This document shows, piece after piece, positions 16,601-30,553 of a DNA stretch of 64,000 nucleotides. The notes below the pieces were generated by a model. The model made no database searches. It was not told the DNA's origin and saw only the letters and a program-made list of their open reading frames with translations. Each line of letters begins with the position of its first letter. The first letter of the stretch is position 1. This DNA is from the human T2T-CHM13v2.0 reference genome, Homo sapiens: NCBI RefSeq assembly GCF_009914755.1, contig NC_060925.1, one strand, 5' to 3'. The position numbers were made by a program, and so were the translations under genes.

Positions 16601-18188
16601 GTCCTCTGTGAGGGCTTGGGCCTGTGCTGGGGCAGGGGGTGTGGGGTGAGAAGGGTGTGGGCCGAGGCTGCTGGGGGAGATCCCAGCTGCCCCTGTGGGC
16701 CCTGGGCCTTCCCCGCAGGGCCTGGTCCCATCTCCCCTTCTCTCCCAAGCCTCCCCCCACTCCATGTAACTTGGCTTTTTTGCGTACATACTCTAGGCCA
16801 GTCACTGTTAAGTGCGTCCCACGAGCAGTCCCTTGTGAGGGAGGTGCTTTTGTCCCCAGCTGACAGGTGATCACACATCTCCCTTCATATGCCCCTGGTC
16901 AGGAGAAGGGGGTGGAGGGGAGGGCCGGGCAGCAGCAGTAGTGTCAGAAGCGGGAGCCCTGCTTCCCAGGGCCCAGCCTCCCCCTCAGGCCCCTGGCCAG
17001 CCCGATGGGTTAGCGACAGAGCTGGCTCTTTGCAGAGCACAGCACCTTTCTGTCTTGTGTCACTGCGTCCTTGCAGCATGCAGAAGCCGGGGGTGCTGTG
17101 GTTGCCCCCACTTCACAGATGTGGACACTGAGGCTGAGAGTACAGGAACTTCCTGGGGCTCCGTCCTCCTTTCTCTGAGCAGCGCCTCAGGATGAAAGGC
17201 CAGAGGGCCGTGCTCTCTGGTCCTGTGGACGGGGGGCCGTCTGTGCAGGGAGTGGCTGCCCACTCTGGCAGGGGCTCAAGCGGTGTCCTCGAGCTGGAGG
17301 TGGCCCCTGGGGGAGAGGTGGAGAGTCGGAGCAGCAAAGCCGGGGCCCCAGGGCTCCCACAGCTGCTGCCTGTCACCCACATTGTTCCTGGATTTCCGGA
17401 ACTGGGGGGCTTTTTTGGGCAGTGGCGGTCTCTCTGCCCACCCCTCCCCAGTCCCCCAGTGTCCCACAACCAATGAGGTGGGTAGAGGGGGGCCCAGAGC
17501 ATAGATCCCCCAGTGTCTGGGCTGGGATTATCCCGAGGCCCCACCTGTCACCACACGTGTAGCCAGCGAGGGCCACTGTCCTCTCCACCAGAGAGGGTTG
17601 GCCCCAGGCTGGGCAGCTGTCACTTGCTCCCTCCCCTCAGCCTCCTTGGCTCTCACATCCTGGGACTGTCTCTCTCTGGAGCACAGGAGGCCCCTTTCAA
17701 TCTGGAGGCTCCCTGGGGCGCACCCTTTCTGCAGCCCAGGATCAAGGACCTCGTGGGGGAGGGGTGGTCCTCGAACCTGGTCCCAGTCAGCCCTGGTTTG
17801 GCCAGCCCTGGCCCCTGTTGTGCTCCATGTGTGAGCCCCAGGCCACCAGGAGCTGGTGGCCCTGGGTCCCTGTGCGGCCGCACTGGAGCCTAGGGATCTG
17901 CTGAGGCTCCAGCTGGCCTCCTCCCCTTGAAGACTGAGAAGCCCAGGTTGGCCGTGGCCTCCCTGTCTGGTCCTGGGTGGATGCAGCCGTACCTAGTCTG
18001 CGTTCCTCTCCTTCAGAGCCCTTGTTCCTCCTGCTGTTCTGGGGCCAGCATCTCCAGCTTTGCATCCCCAGATCCCAGATCCCACTCCCAGCACCCTTTC
18101 CCTGGTGGCCCTGGGGCAGGGCATGGAGGTCCCTCTCCAGCAGGTGCTGGGGTCTTCCAGGCCAACCCGCTCTTTCCTTGGTCCACAG

Positions 18189-18309
18189 GATGAAGCCAAC
18201 GCACACGATGGTCAACTGCTGGTTCTGCAACCAGGATACGCTGGTGCCCTATGGGAACCGCAACTGCTGGGACTGTCCCCACTGCGAGCAGTACAACGGC
18301 TTCCAGGAG
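18189..18309 (+). CDS. TMEM201: TMEM201 exon 2 (two CxxC motifs: CWFC, CPHC)
   Basis: cacag| and GAG|gtgtgg; 121 nt; Ima1-family N-terminal domain (..EQYNGFQE). Confidence 0.97.
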
Positions 18310-18637
18310 GTGTGGGTCACAGGCAGGCGGACGGGTGGGCACGCGGGGGTGGGGATCTTGAGATTTGCACCTTGAGACCACCCTGTGTCCCTGCCCTGCC
18401 CCGGGGCTCATGGACCCCACACCCTCATACCCTGTCCTCTCCAGGCCCTGAGCATGGTGTTTCGTGTACATTGTCTCACTCGATTCTCACCACTGCCCTG
18501 GCGCTGTCTCCTCACTTGAGGAGGAACCCGACGCAGGGAGCCATGGCAGTTTGTCCAAGGTTACACCACTAAAAGTGGCAGATTTGGGGTTCACACCCAG
18601 GTCTTTCTGGCTCTGCATCTCATTCTCTGTACTATAT

Positions 18638-18835
18638 CAGGGCTAGCAAACCTTTTCTGCAAAGGGCCAGATAGTATTTTAAGCTTTGGAAGCCATTTGG
18701 TCTCTGTCACAACTGCTAACCCTGCTGAGCCACCGTAGGTAATACAAGAGTGAATTAGCCTGGCTGTGTTCCAATAAAACTTGATTGCAGAAACAGGCAG
18801 CTCCTCCACGGTTCATAGTGTGCTGTCCCCTGGAC
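18638..18835 (+). mobile_element. MER58A DNA transposon
   Basis: CAGGG..GCAAAC.TTTTCTG.AAAGGGCCAGATAGTA..TGGCTGTGTTCCAATAAAACTT. Confidence 0.8.
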
Positions 18836-19157
18836 TAGACCAGGGTTTGCAGACTGAGTTCCGAGAGGGTAGGGCTCTGAGGACAGATGCTGGCTAGAGG
18901 TGTGTGGGTGGGCGGCGGGCTGCAGGCCCTGCTCTGTGCTCAGGCTAGGTGGCTTCACTCGGCATCTGGGCCTTTGGGTTCCATGGAGGTGTCTTGAGAA
19001 GAAAAGCAGCTGCTGTTGTGTGCAGAAGAAAAAAAAGAATGGAGATGTTTGAGATCTACCATCACTTGCCTGGAGCGGGGCGGGCCCCCAGGGACATCAC
19101 CAAGCCTGAGCCAGCTGGGAGGGCCTGCCTGCCTCGAGTCCCACCTCTCTCCCGCAG

Positions 19158-19352
19158 AACGGCGACTACAACAAGCCGATCCCCGCCCAGTACTTGGAGC
19201 ACCTGAACCACGTGGTGAGCAGCGCGCCCAGCCTGCGCGACCCTTCGCAGCCGCAGCAGTGGGTGAGCAGCCAAGTCCTGCTGTGCAAGAGGTGCAACCA
19301 CCACCAGACCACCAAGATCAAGCAGCTGGCCGCCTTCGCTCCCCGCGAGGAG
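19158..19352 (+). CDS. TMEM201: TMEM201 exon 3 (NGDYNKPIPAQY..LCKRC..APREE)
   Basis: cccgcag| and GAG|gtgagg; 195 nt. Confidence 0.97.
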
Positions 19353-20747
19353 GTGAGGCCGGGTTGGGAGGGCAGGGGTCCTGGCTGGGGCCAGGGATGC
19401 TTAGAGCAGCCGGGGGACAGGCACGTGCAGGGTGCTGACTCTGGTCCTCTGGCCCCTGCTCTGCTAGACAGCGGCTTTTCTGTTCTGAGTGCCCAAAGGG
19501 GCCCCCTCATCCTTGCCACTGCCAGCACATTCCAGGATGTGTTAGTTCTTCTGACCCCGTTGGAGCTGAGCTGCTTCTCCCCATGTCTTACAGTCACTGC
19601 TATCGGGGTTCCAAGCCTAGGAACACCGTGGAAACCCCAGCACCTGCCAGTCCAGAGGAATTTGTCCCTGGGCAGAGGGAGGAAGGGACCTTGGGTTCCA
19701 GGTGGGGCCCTGTTGGACCCACTCTGTCCTGTTTCTCTGAATCAGCCTTGCCTGCTGGTGGCCCCGGCAGTCTGCTGTGGGGTTGGTGGAGGATGCCACT
19801 GGCTTCTGGGAGGAGGAGGAAGCTAGACATTGCTGAGAGGCTTGGCATTAAGGAGCTGGGCTGAGCTGGGAGCCTCACCTTGCCTGTGCCCTCCATGGAG
19901 TCCAAGAGCCTTGCTTACTGGCTGCTCCTTCCTGCCCTCGGCCAGCCCAGGGAGTCCTGTCACCTCAAGAGGCAGGTCCCAGCTGGGGCCCAGAGACACT
20001 GGCTTTCCTGGGGTCCAGCCTGGGAGGGAGGGAGAACAGAGGTGAACTCAGGCCAAGGCAGGGATGGGGAACCTGCGAGAAGGGGAAGGCAGGGGTGACT
20101 TGGCAGCCAGGCAGCTTTTCGGCATGCTTGGTCGCAGCAAGGGATCACACTCCTGACCCTCCTGGCCTTGCAGGCCAAAACGTTTGCTTCCTCAGAAACA
20201 GGGAGGGAGAGTTGCAGTGCTGCACGTCTAAGGGCTGAGAAGGAGGGGACTTGTCTTCTGGGCTATTTCAGAAGCTGAAAGAAACCTTCACCTGCCACAA
20301 AGACAGGCCTGGCCAGGGGCTCTCTAGCATTCAAGCGGAAGGGCAAGCGCCACAGTCGGGGTTGTCCATCTGCCCCACTCCAGGCAGTGTCAGCCCGCAG
20401 CCACCTTCCCCCATGTTCACCCACCTTCTTGGAGCTCTGCATCTGGGGAGCAGACCCTGAGCTCCTGGCCTGCGGGTGCGTCCCTGGAGCAACAGAACCT
20501 TGTTAGTGTCCCCATCACTTGTGGGCCCTGCCCTGGATTGGCTCTAACTCCCGGTAGTCCACATGGCTCTACACAGTGGGCATTTGTCCTGTTGGGCAGA
20601 GGGGAAGCAGGTTCAAAGTGGGGTTGACTTGCCCCCGGTCATCCCCTAGTAAGTGGCAGGTCAGGATCTGATTCCACGTCTGACCTGTAAGATGGAGGCA
20701 GCTCAGCCACCCCTGCAGATGCCGAGCCTGTTCCCCCAACCCCACAG

Positions 20748-20924
20748 GGCAGGTATGACGAGGAGGTCGAGGTGTACCGGCATCACCTGGAGCAGATGTA
20801 CAAGCTGTGCCGGCCGTGCCAAGCGGCTGTGGAGTACTACATCAAGCACCAGAACCGCCAGCTGCGCGCCCTGTTGCTCAGCCACCAGTTCAAGCGCCGG
20901 GAGGCCGACCAGACCCACGCACAG
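20748..20924 (+). CDS. TMEM201: TMEM201 exon 4 (GRYDEEVEVYR..LCRPC..THAQ)
   Basis: cccacag| and CAG|gtgaga; 177 nt; fourth CxxC motif. Confidence 0.96.
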
Positions 20925-21034
20925 GTGAGAGGCGGCATCCACAGGGCAGGGGTGGGGGTGTTGAGTTTGTTCAGGAAACCCTCCCAGGAGGCTGGGCACT
21001 AGTGACCAGAGGGTAGCTCTTCAGAGCTGAGCCC

Positions 21035-23185
<2,151 letters not shown>

Positions 23186-23403
23186 TATGGAAAGTCTTCT
23201 TTAAAAGGAGAGGGTGGTAGAGCAGCACTCCTCCCCGCCCAGAAGTGAGGCGGGCCGGTGGAACTGAGTGGTGAGTTTTTGAACCAAGCCCAGGATGTGT
23301 GGGAACATGGGTCTGGCCAGAACCCCGCACAGACTGGCACCGGTGATGGCTGGGGGTGGCTCTGTGGCCGTCTCACTAACCCGCCTCTCTTCCTCCTTTG
23401 CAG

Positions 23404-23753
23404 AACTTCTCCTCCGCCGTGAAGTCCCCGGTCCAGGTCATCCTGCTCCGTGCCCTCGCCTTCCTGGCCTGCGCCTTCCTACTGACCACCGCGCTGTATG
23501 GGGCCAGCGGACACTTCGCCCCAGGCACCACTGTGCCCCTGGCCCTGCCACCTGGTGGCAATGGCTCAGCCACACCTGACAATGGCACCACCCCTGGGGC
23601 CGAGGGCTGGCGGCAGTTGCTGGGCCTACTCCCCGAGCACATGGCGGAGAAGCTGTGTGAGGCCTGGGCCTTTGGGCAGAGCCACCAGACGGGCGTCGTG
23701 GCACTGGGCCTACTCACCTGCCTGCTGGCAATGCTGCTGGCTGGCCGCATCAG
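23404..23753 (+). CDS. TMEM201: TMEM201 exon 5 (two TM segments; loop with NGS/NGT sequons)
   Basis: tttgcag| and AG|gtgtgc; 350 nt. Confidence 0.97.
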
Positions 23754-24367
23754 GTGTGCATGGGGCCAGGGCCAGGAGTTGGCGGGCAGGGGACTGTGTG
23801 CTGGATTACTGTCTAGGGCGGGGGCCAAGAGACCCCATTGGGTGCACAGCCCTAGGCTGAACTCCACCATGTCACTGGTACAAGGCTTGGTCCCAGGGGC
23901 TGGGAGTCGTAGGTGAGGTGAGGCTGCAGACGCCCTCTGAGCCAGCCCCGTGCACACCCGCTGTGGGCTGGGCCGGGTTGCCTCCTCTCTCCTCCTCGGG
24001 CTCTGTCAAATCAGGATGACGATAACCACCTGCCTCCTGGGTTGTGGGGGCTCACGTGGGGGCCTCTGGGGTTCCCTGAGTGGGAGCATGTCCTGTGAGT
24101 GCTGTGTCCCCGTCGCCCCTGCTCACCGACTCGGAGGAATTTTCCTTAGCCCTGTTTTAGGCTAGAACTTACAGGCTGAGGAGAAACACTGACCCACCTG
24201 CTCAGAGCCAGGTAGCGTGTGAGTGTGAGGGGATTCCGAGCCCACACTGTCCCCTGGCTCTGGACTCTTCTGAGCAGGGCCAGGTATAGACAGAGGAGGC
24301 AGGAAGGAAGGCGTGGACCCAGGAGGTCTTGTCCTCCCCTGGGGTGACCCCGCTGCTTCCCTTTCAG

Positions 24368-24571
24368 GCTCCGGAGGATCGATGCCTTCTGCACCTGCCT
24401 GTGGGCCCTGCTGCTGGGGCTGCACCTGGCTGAGCAGCACCTGCAGGCCGCCTCGCCTAGCTGGCTAGACACGCTCAAGTTCAGCACCACATCTTTGTGC
24501 TGCCTGGTTGGCTTCACGGCGGCTGTGGCCACAAGGAAGGCAACGGGCCCACGGAGGTTCCGGCCCCGAAG
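24368..24571 (+). CDS. TMEM201: TMEM201 exon 6 (two TM segments)
   Basis: ctttcag| and weak AG|gtcaga donor; 204 nt. Confidence 0.95.
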
Positions 24572-24590
24572 GTCAGAGAAGCAGCCATGA
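24572..24590 (+). CDS. TMEM201: Read-through tail SEKQP* of the short 392-aa isoform (Samp1a)
   Basis: In-frame TGA at 24588-24590; 1160+19=1179 nt = 392 aa plus stop, matching the known short isoform. Confidence 0.9.
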
Positions 24591-27220
24591 CTGCGGGGGG
24601 AGGACACACGGATGCTCAGGCCCAGGCTTTGCCAGGTCCGAAGCGGGCCCCTCTCTGTCCTGCCTCTTTTCACCTGCTCACGCCCTCCCACCCCCACCCT
24701 ACAGCCCCAGGTCCTGGCCCAGTCCCTCCACTGCCTCGAAGAGTCAGTCTGCCCTGCCTTTTCCTTTCGGGCACCACCAGCCATCCCCGAGTGCCCTGTA
24801 GCCACTCACCACTGCTGCCACCTCTCTGGCCAATGGCCCTTTCACTGGCCTGGTGACTGGAATGTGGGCAGCGCCCACACAGGCTCTGGCCCATGGCTTC
24901 CTACTGGCAGCTCCAGGCACCCCCCTCTCACCACGCCGTTTGCTGGCTCTGACACTGTTGGGTGAGGGTCCTGGTCCTGCTGTCTTCCCTTCTGGCCTCT
25001 GCACAGGGGTGGTGACAGTGGCTACAGGCTGGGCCCCTGGCGTGCCCTGACCGTGCAGCAGAGTGAGGCTGGGGCAGCAGAGAGCCCCAGCCTCACCCCT
25101 GAGGAGCACCTGTGGTCTGTCCCCTTGGTCCTGCTTATGGCTGGACCGGCCCTGCAGGAGGTGGTGGAGCCGTGAAGGAGGCCGAGCTGCAGCTCTGGCT
25201 GCTGCTTGGCCTCCTGCTCCAAGACCCTCCCGAGTCCCCGGAAATGGAGAGTGCAGTTCTTGGGCCCAGCCTGGCCTTCGCCATGAGTTTGGGGAGCGAG
25301 ACCCCACCTGAGACAGGCAGTAGGAGCCTGTGCTGACCTTGGGGAATCTGAGCTTTTCCAAGGGTAAGGGGCCCAGGGTATGCAGGCCTTCAGTGACATC
25401 AGGTCGTTGTCATCCTTTCCCTCCCTGACCTGTCACGAGCCTCTGCAGGTGCCTGCTCACCATGGCCCAGCGCCACTCTGTCCTCCGACTCAGGTGAGGG
25501 GGCAGCCCACAGACCTGCTCCTCAGTAGCAGGGCCTGGCCAGGCCCCTGCTGTTCTCAGCCTCAGTTTGCCATCTATGAAATGAGGTGGACCCCTCTCCA
25601 TAGCCCTTGGGTGCCAGCTCAGTGGGTGTGGGGATCACATGAGGTGGCTCATGAGGACACACTCTGGAAGTCGAGGGGCTGCCACGTGCAGAGGAAGTTC
25701 CCGGCCTGGGGGCTTTATCCAGGGGTCCCAGTCGAGAGTGGCCCGAGGCCGTCCCTCACCGGGCATGTTCCCTCTGGCTGCCCACTCCCTCAGGGCCCAC
25801 ATGTCCTGCCACTCGCCACTCTGAGCACGAGTTCACCTTCCAGATGTGGCCAGGGTGTGCCAGCTCCTCTCTCCTGTGCGTTGGAACCCCGGGGGAGGCA
25901 AGAGCAGATCACAGGTGCATGAGGGTTACACCCGTCACCTGGGTCTGCCGGGATGGGTTGGGGGGGCAGGTGCCAGGCCTCACTGCTGTGAATCTGCCAC
26001 GCCTGGGGGTCCTAGAGGCTGCCCCACCCCAGTGATTGGGTAGCAGCTCACATCCCACCCAGCTTCACAAGTGAGGAACCCAGGTGCATCGGGAGACCCT
26101 CGGGGGCTTCTGTGGCCTCTGTGCCCGATGACCTGCGTGGCTTCAGACAAGGCCCCAGCGTTACTGGGCTCAGCTTGTTGTTCTGTGTGGAGCGTGAGGT
26201 GAGAAAACCCCTCTGAAAAGATGTGGTCGGGGCCACGCTTCCCACTGGTTCTGCAGTGAGGAGTTGGGGCGGGTGAGCCAAAGCGGCCCCCCATGGTGTC
26301 TACCTGAGGGGCAGGGAACCGCCTGCCTGTGCACTCACGCCACCCCCCAGCCCACAAAGAGCCCATCTGAGAGAAGGACGTGGTGGAGCCAGGACGGGAA
26401 AGCGTCCTGTCGGCTGGCCATGCTGTTGCTTGCGTCTCGAATCTTCGGTTCTCGAGGAAGTGTTGACAGTGTGATGCTAATGTCTGCTTTTCTTGGCGTT
26501 GGGTAGAAGCAGGACATCTGTGTGTATGTGCGTATTTAAATTAGATTATTTATAATAACCAGAGCCAGCCCTCGCGCTGGCCAGGATCCTCCTGCCGAGC
26601 TGATGTCGCTCCTGCCCTCTGCCGGGGTCCGGAAGCGACATCTCAGGAGGTAGCTCTCAGCAGAGTGAGGATTCCTGCCTTTCGTAGAGTTTTGTGTGAC
26701 TTTTTAAATTATTCATGTGTCCCTTAAAAGTTTCACTACGTGGAGAAAATTCCAGCACCAAGTGTTGTGGCAACAGCTGAGAGAGTGCAGGCACCACTGT
26801 GTTGTGGCTTGTTGACCGGGAATGTGTCACCCCTGCCAGGGAACTCTTCTCCTCGCGGGGGACTTGGGATGGCCATCAGACCTTCTAGGGTCTGGCTGGG
26901 GTCATCCTAGGTATGGGTGACCGTCCCTGAGACATAAGCGAGGTAGATTCAGCCATCCTCACCCTCAGACTTGAGGTCCCCACCCAGGCCAAGCCGGCCC
27001 CCCGTACCCCTTGCCTGGGAGCAAACCGCCAGGACGCAGCCTCCACGCCGCACCTGCCACATTCAGCCCTGCCCAGGAAGGAACACATGACCCTTCTGTC
27101 TGTGACTGTTGCTGAGTCTCTGTCTCATGTCGTAGAATTGTGGATAATTGTCTAGTGACCCTCTCATCACTGTAACCATCGCGCCTGGCCTAGATGTCGT
27201 GTTTTGGATGCTGTGTTTTC

Positions 27221-27226
27221 AATAAA
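27221..27226 (+). terminator. AATAAA for the short TMEM201 isoform (second AATAAA at 27449-27454)
   Basis: First canonical hexamer I found after the short-isoform stop; T-rich tract downstream. Confidence 0.75.
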
Positions 27227-27563
27227 TGCCTCTGGGGCCCTGCTTTTACCCGCTGGCGTCAGGTGCCGCGTCTTTCTTCTTTTTTCTTTCTTTCAGAAGG
27301 GCTCTGTGCCAGGGCTGGGGTGGGCAGCTGTGTTTGGGGTACAGACACGTCCACAGGAGTCAGGTTTGGGAGCCAGTGACAATGACACCAGCTGGCTCGG
27401 GGCCCGGCTCGCCTCCTCGCCTTTGCTGGATCATATTTTTTCCGTCTCAATAAACTGTTGCTTAAAACGTGGTCTCTCTCCTTCCACTCCTGATGTGGGC
27501 TGGGATTGGGTCGGAGAAGACCAGACATCTCCCCTTGGTGTCAGATGAGCGTATCCGCTCCGG

Positions 27564-27725
27564 CACTCCCCAGAGCCAGCATCCAGGCCTGATCCTGGTC
27601 ACTTAGTCCCTCTCTGACACTCCCCAGAGCCAGCATCCAGGCCTGATCCTGGCCTCTTAGTCCCTCTCTGACACTCCCCAGAGCCAGCATCCAGGCCTGA
27701 TCCTGGTCTCTTAGTCCCTCTCTGA
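27564..27725. repeat. 54-bp minisatellite, 3 near-identical copies
   Basis: Units start at 27564, 27618 and 27672 (CACTCCCCAGAGCCAGCATCCAGGCCTGATCCTGG..). Confidence 0.95.
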
Positions 27726-29855
27726 GACGTGGTTTGAGGGCACAGGGCAGTCGGGGGGGGTCTCTCGCCAAAGGAAATGTTAGCACCTTTGGAGTTCTCC
27801 AGGGTCCAACAGATTGGGCTCCTTTAGCTGGCGGAGGCTCGCTGGGGCGCCTGTACAGAGCCCAGCCCCTCATGCCCAGCCCTGTGAGCGATTTACGAGG
27901 TCTTGCTGGTTGAGTGATGTTCCCACATATCACAGTGAGGGAGTCAAACTGCGAAGGAACTCCCCACAGCACCATCTTCAGTGGCACCAAACTGGGAACA
28001 ACAGCCCCTGTGCCAGGTGGCCAGGAGATTCAGCCTTTAAGCACTGAGGCAGCCCCGGGTGGTGTGAGCAGGAGCTGGGAGGAGTGGGGATGCACTGGCA
28101 AGACCCAGCCACTCCTGCTAGAGCCCACCCTTTGGGGCCAGGAGCTGCGTGGCCCAGCTGACCACCTCATACCCACAGCCCACTAGGACCCTCCTTTCAC
28201 ACATCCCCCAACGGTACTCTCAGGTCACTGGGGGACCTGGTCACCCTTGGCTGACTCTTGGCTATGTCTGTGCTGCCGGGCAGGGTGGGCACAGGAAGCC
28301 TAGCGCAGAGCCCTGCCCCACAAACTCCCTCCCATGGAGGGTCATGCCCCAAGGTCCCAGCAACACCTTCACTGCCCCTGCCTAAAGGTGCCCTCAGGGT
28401 CATTCCCTGAAGTCGCTGCGCTGTCCCGCCAAATGGAATCAGAATTCTAACATGACGACACAAAACCTCATCTTCTGTGTAGAGGTGGAGCCTTCCCTGG
28501 AGTCTTGGGGGCAAGCAGCGGGCGCTGGGCCTGGGAATCACAGGTCAGCAGGCGGAACAAGGATGTGTCCAGTCCGGCTGACCGGGGCCTTCCCCAGGGT
28601 CCCCGGCTCAGCTCCTGCCTTGATGCCCACATTCGCCAAACATGGCCTCGCCTTTGGTTCTGAAGTCCAGGTGGTCTCCTGGCACCTTGGAAGGCATTAG
28701 AAAGGTTACATGATTCTCCGGGAAGTCAAGAGCTGGCCCCACACTTTCCTTATAAAACTTTTTTAGAGGGAAAGTAGCAGGGAGGTTGGTGGCGCGCGGC
28801 TTGGCTAGCGATCCCCGAGCATGCAGTCATGCTGGGCGCAGGTCCCTTAAGCAGCCCCCGGCTCCTGCAGGGCGTGGGCCAGCCTGCCCGCTCACCAGCA
28901 CGTTGTCCACTGGGCTCATTTGTCCCTTGGCACCGAGGTAAGGCTGGACCCCCGGAGCTCCGTCCAGACGGTGGACTAATGTATTAACTGCCTCTGTCCC
29001 TCTCTTCCCTCTGTAATTGGGTGCCTTAATCAGAAGCATGGTTGACGTTCTGGCGTGGGGCCATCAGGTCCTGTTGTGTGATTTGTACCATCTCGAGTTA
29101 AAGAGACACTGTCACCTTCCGTCTTTCGGGCAGCCTTGCGGTCGTGGATGGGTCTCTTCTAAGTTCGGTTTTGGCGTTGTCCTGTGAGAGCCTCTTCCAG
29201 GGGGTTCCAAGGCCTGGCTGCCCCCCAGTTCTGCTCTACCAGGAACTTCAGAGGAGTTTCCAGAGTGCAAGGCCAGAGAGCAGGAGGCAGCCTTCTAAGG
29301 GCAGAGCTGTGGGAGGACTTCCAGGAATCACACCTGGGAACAGAGGGTGCCCAGAGCCGTGCTGGGGCCTGACTTCCTATGATCCAGGCCCATCTGGGAG
29401 ATGAGCCAGGATGTCCCTGAGCCCGGCCGCTCTGTGGGAAGGCTCGGCACAGAACAAGAAGTGGCAAGGAGTCCAAGTCCATTAACCTTCATTGAGTGCC
29501 TGGCACGGGGCTGGGCATTTTTGCTTCAAGGCGAAAGGGTTGGCATGAGGTTGGCAAAGGCGACAGTGTCACTTTAATACCGAGACTCGTAGTGGAGATA
29601 GTTTGCTGTGAGCCGAGGGGGTAGGAGGGGGCATGTGGGGAGGGCCGGGTCTTGCTGGCACCTCCCAGCCACCCGCTCCTAATGGCGTGAATGTGGTCGG
29701 ATTGCTTTTCTGCTTTAACTAACGCACGCCTCCTCTGGGACCCCAGCTGAGGCCCCCACCTTGCACTGTGGGAGAGGGGTGGGACCCACTGCAAGGCTGC
29801 CTCCAGGACCTCCCGCTGACCCTCTTCTTGTCCCGTGCCTGACGGGCCCTTGCAG

Positions 29856-30088
29856 GTTCTTCCCAGGAGACTCTGCCGGCCTTTTCCCCACCAGCCCCAG
29901 CTTGGCCATCCCTCACCCGAGTGTCGGAGGCTCTCCAGCGTCTCTGTTCATCCCCAGCCCGCCCAGCTTCCTGCCCCTCGCCAACCAGCAGCTCTTCCGG
30001 TCTCCTCGACGGACCTCACCCTCCTCATTGCCTGGCCGCCTCAGCCGGGCCCTCTCTCTGGGAACCATACCCTCTCTGACTCGAGCAG
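29856..30088 (+). CDS. TMEM201: TMEM201 exon 7 (Ser/Pro-rich)
   Basis: ttgcag| and G|gtaagg; 233 nt. Confidence 0.95.
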
Positions 30089-30264
30089 GTAAGGGGTGCC
30101 CAGGCATTGGCAGACAGTCAGGGCTAGGGGCAGCTGGGACAGAACTGTGGATGGGTACATAGTGTAGGGAGGGCCGGGAGTGGTTAGTGTTCCTGCTGCA
30201 GAGACAGGCAGCACAGAGCTTTGAGCCTCAGTTCCCCCCAAAGAAATGGGGCTAGCTAGGAATA

Positions 30265-30553
30265 GGTGGCTCATGCCTTTAATCCCAGCACTTTAGGAGG
30301 CCAAGGTGGGAGGATGGCTTGAGGCTAGGAGTTCAAGACCAGCCTGGGCAACATAGGGAGACGCTGTCTCTACAAAAAAAGTTGTTTTAATTAACTGGGC
30401 ATGGTGGCGTACACCTATAGTCCCAGCTATTTAGGCTGAGGTGGGAGGATCGGTTGAACCCAGGAGTTGGAAGCTGCAGTGAGCTATGATCACGCCACTG
30501 CATTCCACCATGGGCAACAGAGCAAGACCCTGTCTCAACAAAAATAAAAATAA
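30265..30553 (+). mobile_element. AluJ
   Basis: Diverged Alu with J-type motifs. Confidence 0.85.

Noticed and set aside
18773-18778. Sense AATAAA in TMEM201 intron 2
   Set aside because: Part of the MER58A consensus, with no clear downstream GU/U element.
23376-25361. 193-219 aa antisense ORFs
   Set aside because: Shadows of GC-rich exons and UTR; no splice or domain support.
27564-27725. Regular repeat array that might suggest CRISPR
   Set aside because: No unique spacers; eukaryotic minisatellite.
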